This document shows positions 59,359 through 64,000 of a stretch of 64,000 nucleotides of DNA, in pieces (positions within the stretch are counted from its first letter, which is position 1; each line of letters begins with the position of its first letter). Below the pieces are notes generated by a model that was given only the letters and a program-made list of their open reading frames with translations, made no database searches and was not told where the DNA came from. Where the stretch lies: NCBI GenBank assembly GCA_035559535.1, contig DATMBG010000058.1, positions 1-64,000 on the forward strand. Reading direction: 5' to 3'. The DNA comes from Candidatus Limnocylindrales bacterium. GTDB lineage: Bacteria > Moduliflexota > Moduliflexia > Moduliflexales > JAUQPW01. The position numbers and the translations under genes were made by a program.

Positions 59359-60879
59359 ATGTTTACCCGTATCTTCGAAAGGTTAAAATCTCGAATTCAG
59401 TTAAAGTTAATAGTAGGTACATCGATTCTCCTTATTCTGGTAATGGGAATATCCAGTTATGGAATCTTGATCGTTCAGCAAAGGATTTTAAAGAAGGAAT
59501 TGGAAGAAGAAGGTAAAAGGTTTGCGATAACCCTGGGAGAACATATTGTAAATGCTTTAGATCCTCCAGATATAAACTATTTAAGGCAGGTGCTTCGACC
59601 TATTCTTTATGAAGATAACGTGCGTCGGGTTTCTGTTTACAATGCGGAAGGGATGATTCTTTCTGATGGGACTGAAGAGACCTCCTCTCAAAACCCGAAG
59701 CTTCCCAATTTACCTGCGGGTAAAACCTTATCGGTTCCTCAGCAAGTCGCGTTCCGATATACAAGGGATGTACTTGAGATTACCAACCCGTTATTTTCGA
59801 AGAATCGATATGTGGGGAGTATTCAAATTGAAATGTCCCTTAAAGAGGTGAGAACCCTTACCCGGCGTCTAACCCAGGCTTTAATCATTATCTCCACAAT
59901 TACCTTAGGAGTTACCTTAATCCTTACAGCCTGGTGGTCTGCGAAGATTTCACGGCCCCTTATTCAGTTGGTAGACAAAGCGGCAAGATTTTCCCAGGGA
60001 CATTTAGAAGAGCGTATAGAAGTGGAGGGAACCGATGAAATCAGTTTATTGGCCTCTACTTTTAATGTTATGGCAGAAAACCTGAGTAAAATCCTGGAGG
60101 AAAAGGAAATCGCTTTACAAAATGCACGGGCTTTTAACCAGGAATTAAAAAAGGCTCAGACACGATTGATTAAAGCCGAGCGACTCAGTGCCATAGGTTT
60201 ACTTACTTCGGGAATTTCCCATGAAATTAATAATCCCCTTGGAATTATTCTGACCACTGTGGGATGTATTCTGGAAGAGTTAAGTCCGGAAAGCCCCTTT
60301 TATGAAGATTTAAAAATCGTAGAAGGAGAAGCCCTACGATGTAAGAAAATTTTGCGGGATTTATTAAATTTTGCTTCTAAAAGAAAAACGGTTCGAGAGC
60401 AGGTGGATTTGAACAAGGTCATCGATGAGATTATTACCCTGGCAAGTTATGAAAAAAGGGTTAAATCCATCCAGATCCAGAAAAATTTTCATCCCGACCT
60501 TCCTCCCATATTTATTGATATTGCCCAGATCAAACAAGTTTGTCTCAATCTTATTCTGAACGCAGCCGACGCCATGCAGGGAGAAGGGCACTTAGTCATC
60601 TCGACCGGACTTGTGGAAGAGAATGGAAAAAAACACGTATTGATTCAATTTCAGGACTCGGGATGTGGAATTCCTGAGGAAGATCTTTTGAGAATCTTCG
60701 AACCTTTCTTTACCACGAAGGATGTAGGAGAAGGTTCCGGATTAGGGCTTTCGGTAAGTTATCAACTGGTAGAAAATCATGGGGGTCGAATTGAGGTGAC
60801 CAGCGAAGTCGGTAAAGGCACCACTTTTTATGTCTATTTACCTTTAGAGAATTCTTTTACAGAGAATTCCCCTACCTGA
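59359..60879 (+). CDS. Membrane sensor histidine kinase (HAMP, NtrB-like)
   Basis: Two TMs, HAMP, HEINNPL, NLILNAADAM, DSGCG, FEPFFTTK, GSGLGL. Confidence 0.95.
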   Translation: MFTRIFERLKSRIQLKLIVGTSILLILVMGISSYGILIVQQRILKKELEEEGKRFAITLGEHIVNALDPPDINYLRQVLRPILYEDNVRRVSVYNAEGMILSDGTEETSSQNPKLPNLPAGKTLSVPQQVAFRYTRDVLEITNPLFSKNRYVGSIQIEMSLKEVRTLTRRLTQALIIISTITLGVTLILTAWWSAKISRPLIQLVDKAARFSQGHLEERIEVEGTDEISLLASTFNVMAENLSKILEEKEIALQNARAFNQELKKAQTRLIKAERLSAIGLLTSGISHEINNPLGIILTTVGCILEELSPESPFYEDLKIVEGEALRCKKILRDLLNFASKRKTVREQVDLNKVIDEIITLASYEKRVKSIQIQKNFHPDLPPIFIDIAQIKQVCLNLILNAADAMQGEGHLVISTGLVEENGKKHVLIQFQDSGCGIPEEDLLRIFEPFFTTKDVGEGSGLGLSVSYQLVENHGGRIEVTSEVGKGTTFYVYLPLENSFTENSPT

Positions 60880-60965
60880 TGAGAGGAGGATAAGGAAATT
60901 GAGAAGCCTATTCTCCCCAAAATGCGACCCCAGGAGGGCAAAGCTTTAGCGAACCGACCGCCGAG

Positions 60966-62081
60966 TCATGGTAGGTTCTTTCCCTGGATCATAGTAACCG
61001 AGGGGGCCCTCTGGGATAAGGAGGGGATCGAGATCTCTCTCCATCCTCCCGCATCGAAGAAGATAAACCGTCTTTCCAGCTTGATGAATATCCGCTCTGC
61101 CGGAAGCAGAACCGAAAGTGGGAGTAAAATTTTTCCTTTCCAGCAAGTACCCTCAAAAAGAGCAGATGTAACGACAGTCCCAGAGATAACATCACGCACA
61201 TCAACCTTTGCAGACTTCACAGGAAGTTTTACAGATAAACAGGTAGTACCTTTACCCGGGGGATCCCCCAGGAAGTAAAGAAGGGATCTCCCTGACAGGC
61301 TTGGAAGTATCCGGATAACCATATCTAATTGCAAAGTTGAGTCCGAAGGAATAACCTGGCGTATAGGATGTCGGTCGTAGAGCGAGATCGGTTCTGGAAC
61401 AGGCAGAAACTTTTCTGAATCCTTGACAAACGCAAGTAATTTGCCACGGCTCAACTTAAGCTGGCTTTGATGACAGAGAATTGCTTCGCGTTTATGGAGT
61501 TGCTGTTCCTGGCTCAGCGGAAGATAAATAAAATCCGTAGGAGTCCACCTCCGTTGTGGGGGATGCACCAGGTAACTGAGTTGGGTAAGGGGGGATTGAT
61601 GCCGGCCTAGATAGGCCAGGGCAAGGCGAACCAGGACTGCAAGTGCGTTGTGATCGGGATGGATATCGAGGATGGATGGAATAATCAGAAGGGTCGGGTT
61701 CCAGTTAGCAATTTCTGAAGCAATTTTTATCAGAATCTCTTGACTTCCGGTAAGTAAGAGTTTTGTGAGTCCCTGATCGGGATATCCCAGGAAGACCGTG
61801 CAGGTAGATGGAATACCCAGGCACTTCAAAGCTGCCAGTGCCTCATCACGGCGTTTCGCTCCCCATCGGACCTGGTCAGTAATTCCAATCCGCCAGCGGT
61901 GCTCGATAACGCGCTGAGGCCAGGGGTTATTATCTCCGTTGGTGGCAAAGATCACACGGACGGGTGCACCAACGGCTGTTGCTTGTTGGAGGAGTCCACC
62001 GGTGGCCAACGTTTCATCATCCGGGTGGGGTGCAAAAATCATAACCCGACACTTATCGGTAAGGTTTAAGGACATTATCAT
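60966..62081 (-). CDS. PIG-L family deacetylase
   Basis: APHPDDE, RRDEA, LGYPD, HPDH, HQSQ. Confidence 0.92.
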   Translation of the reverse strand: MIMSLNLTDKCRVMIFAPHPDDETLATGGLLQQATAVGAPVRVIFATNGDNNPWPQRVIEHRWRIGITDQVRWGAKRRDEALAALKCLGIPSTCTVFLGYPDQGLTKLLLTGSQEILIKIASEIANWNPTLLIIPSILDIHPDHNALAVLVRLALAYLGRHQSPLTQLSYLVHPPQRRWTPTDFIYLPLSQEQQLHKREAILCHQSQLKLSRGKLLAFVKDSEKFLPVPEPISLYDRHPIRQVIPSDSTLQLDMVIRILPSLSGRSLLYFLGDPPGKGTTCLSVKLPVKSAKVDVRDVISGTVVTSALFEGTCWKGKILLPLSVLLPAERIFIKLERRFIFFDAGGWREISIPSLSQRAPSVTMIQGKNLP

Positions 62082-62290
62082 AATAATAAAAACCCCGTTC
62101 TACAATCTATATCCATCCAACTGCCATATCTGGAGATTGGGTAGAACCCTATACGCATCCAGCTAAGAAGGGGAAAAGCCTTAGTTTTGGTCTGGACGCC
62201 TCCTGGCCCCCCTCAGGGGGGGATTTAGCAGGTTGCCTGCTAAATCCCCCCTTGGAGAGGGTTAGACATACATGCTAGAGTAAGAAGGTT

Positions 62291-62392
62291 AGCCCCAGCG
62301 GGGGTGACCCGTTTAACTTGAAAAAAAATTCTGAATTTCTGAATCTCCCGACGCAAGTCGGGGGCTACCAACCGTTCGCCCCTGACGGGGCT
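62291..62392. repeat. REP/MITE-like element with terminal inverted hairpins
   Basis: agccccagcgggggtga ... tcgcccctgacggggct; internal hairpin cccgac-gcaa-gtcggg. Confidence 0.55.
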
Positions 62393-62539
62393 TTTCAGCT
62401 TATTCTGGCCCGCATAGGGGTTAGGAGGGGGTGTCGATCCCAGGTTTAATCCTTCACTTAATGCAGATGGGGTAGAATCCCTGATAGCCGGCAGCCAGAA
62501 AGCAGGCATTCGGATAAACTACTCCATCCAACAGGCCTG

Positions 62540-63709
62540 TTACAGGGTTAGAAATTCCTTAATAGACTGGGTGATATAGAGAATTTCATCTTCCGTTAGC
62601 TCCGGAAACATCGGCAGCGAGATAATCTCTTGAACCACACTTTCTGTTTTTGGTAAAGCAGGAGGTCGACCGGAAAAGGTCTTCATGACCGGTTGGAGGT
62701 GACAGGGGATAGGGTAGTGGATACCGGTATGAATTCCCTTTTCTTGTAAGAATTGAATCAGTCGATCTCTTTGATTGGAATGTCCTGGAGAGGGAATTCG
62801 AATGACATACAGATGATAAACCGCATAGGCCCAATCCTGTTCGGAGGGGAGAAGAAGGGCTTTCCGTGGGCTCAGGGTTGAATCTGAGTTTGTTGAAGAA
62901 TTAACTTCTTCCATCCCTTCCAGTACCTCCTTCAAACACTTTGAATAAAAGTCTGCCAGGACTCTTCGTCTTTGGTTAAACCCCTCCAGTTTTTGAAGTT
63001 GTAATCTGCCGACCGCAGCCTGTATCTCATTAAATCGGAGGTTATGGCCCAGAATTTCATGCCGATACTTTCCCACAAGCCCATGGTTCCGGAGCAATCG
63101 GATCTTCTCTGCAAGCTCCGGGTCGGAGGTAGTTACCATACCCCCATCTCCGTAAACTGTCATATTTTTAGATGGATAGAATGAAAAACATCCTGCTTTT
63201 CCCCAGGATCCAACCTTTTTTCCTTTATAGGTAGCACCGTGTGCCTGGCAGCAGTCTTCCAGGACAAACAGATGATATTTTTCGGCCACCCTTTGAATAG
63301 GATCCAGATGGGCCGGGTGTCCATACAGGTGAACCGGGATGATTCCTACCGTACGGGGCGTTATTTTCTCCTCGAGGAGGGAGGGATTTAGAGTATAAGT
63401 TTCGTCAATATCGACAAAGATAGGGGTTGCACCCAGAAGAAGGATAGGCTCTACAGTAGGAAAAGCAGTATGAGAGGGGACAATTACTTCATCCCCTGCT
63501 TTAACCCCTAAGGCTTGTAAAGTCAGAAGAATTGCAGCCGTACCCGAAGAGGTCACAATAGCCTCGGAAGTCCCTATAAATTCGGCAAATTCCTTTTCGA
63601 ATAACTGGCATTGTTCCCCTAAGATATACCAGCCCTGTTCGGCGATCTCCAGGATTTTCTGCTTGATTTCCGCATCGATATAAGCTTTAGATAAGGGAAT
63701 TGTTCGCAT
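62540..63709 (-). CDS. DegT/DnrJ/EryC1/StrS sugar aminotransferase
   Basis: SSGTAA, PVHLYG, EDCCQAHG, SFYPSKN (PLP Lys), GDGG, RNHG, SLPM. Confidence 0.95.
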   Translation of the reverse strand: MRTIPLSKAYIDAEIKQKILEIAEQGWYILGEQCQLFEKEFAEFIGTSEAIVTSSGTAAILLTLQALGVKAGDEVIVPSHTAFPTVEPILLLGATPIFVDIDETYTLNPSLLEEKITPRTVGIIPVHLYGHPAHLDPIQRVAEKYHLFVLEDCCQAHGATYKGKKVGSWGKAGCFSFYPSKNMTVYGDGGMVTTSDPELAEKIRLLRNHGLVGKYRHEILGHNLRFNEIQAAVGRLQLQKLEGFNQRRRVLADFYSKCLKEVLEGMEEVNSSTNSDSTLSPRKALLLPSEQDWAYAVYHLYVIRIPSPGHSNQRDRLIQFLQEKGIHTGIHYPIPCHLQPVMKTFSGRPPALPKTESVVQEIISLPMFPELTEDEILYITQSIKEFLTL

Positions 63710-63819
63710 GTTACTCTTCTTAACTCTTTCCAGGCGAACATATTAAATTATCTATCTTATCGAAAAAAGATAACCTCATAAATCCTTGACTGCAAGCAGC
63801 ACCTTTAGTAACTGTTCTG

Positions 63820-63925
63820 CCCTTACCCCCAACCCTCTCCCCCAAGGCTCCGGGAGAGGGGGAATGGACCCGGAGATCCACCTGTTTCCCCTCTTCCACA
63901 CCGGAGGAGAGGGGCTGGGGGTGGG
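63820..63925. repeat. REP-like palindrome (cccTxAccccaaccctctccc...gggagagggg family)
   Basis: ccttacccccaaccctctccccc...gggagagggg...cccctcttcc...ggaggagaggggctgggggtggg; related at 44940-45057 and 32343-32400. Confidence 0.7.
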
Positions 63926-64000
63926 AGCCAGAACCCAGAAAAATCACCTCCCTCCAAAACCCGATACCGGAACATCTCCACTCTGTCCCCACACTAACAC

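Noticed and set aside
62240..62509. 89-aa ORF, and likewise 63720-63992 and 54268-54567
   Set aside because: Read through palindromic repeats; no recognisable protein features

Overview
A bacterial chromosomal window, about 43% GC by eye and almost entirely coding. It starts at a 5S rRNA gene followed by an alternative sigma-70 factor. Housekeeping content includes sat, rsmI, coaX, birA, valS, cysQ, yicC-remA-gmk-coaBC and tatA, plus a TetR-regulated MacAB-type exporter and a Pil/Chp-type chemosensory operon that ends in a RomR-like regulator next to valS. Four accessory modules stand out. (1) A tightly coupled operon of a SNF2/YqhH-like ATPase, a YqhG-like protein with a ~250-aa poly-zinc-finger tail, DUF1257 and DUF2997 (12.9-17.0 kb). 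(2) A divergent PQQ dehydrogenase with a lanthanide-type DxD motif but no vicinal Cys-Cys, followed by cytochrome c and a MoxR/VWA (mxaRACKL-like) cluster, and preceded by a four-hairpin 5' leader (38.4-50.0 kb). (3) A TPR-STAND NTPase with a small paralogous TPR partner (50.4-54.3 kb). (4) An apparently self-contained sigma-54 regulon: an NtrC-type activator and a kinase flank three -24/-12 promoters and four palindromic activator-site candidates (54.5-60.9 kb). Heptamer/octamer inverted-repeat elements and REP-like palindromes are scattered throughout, two of them inserted in frame in chemosensory genes. No tRNA, CRISPR array or intact transposase was seen. All product calls come from motif recognition, not database searches.
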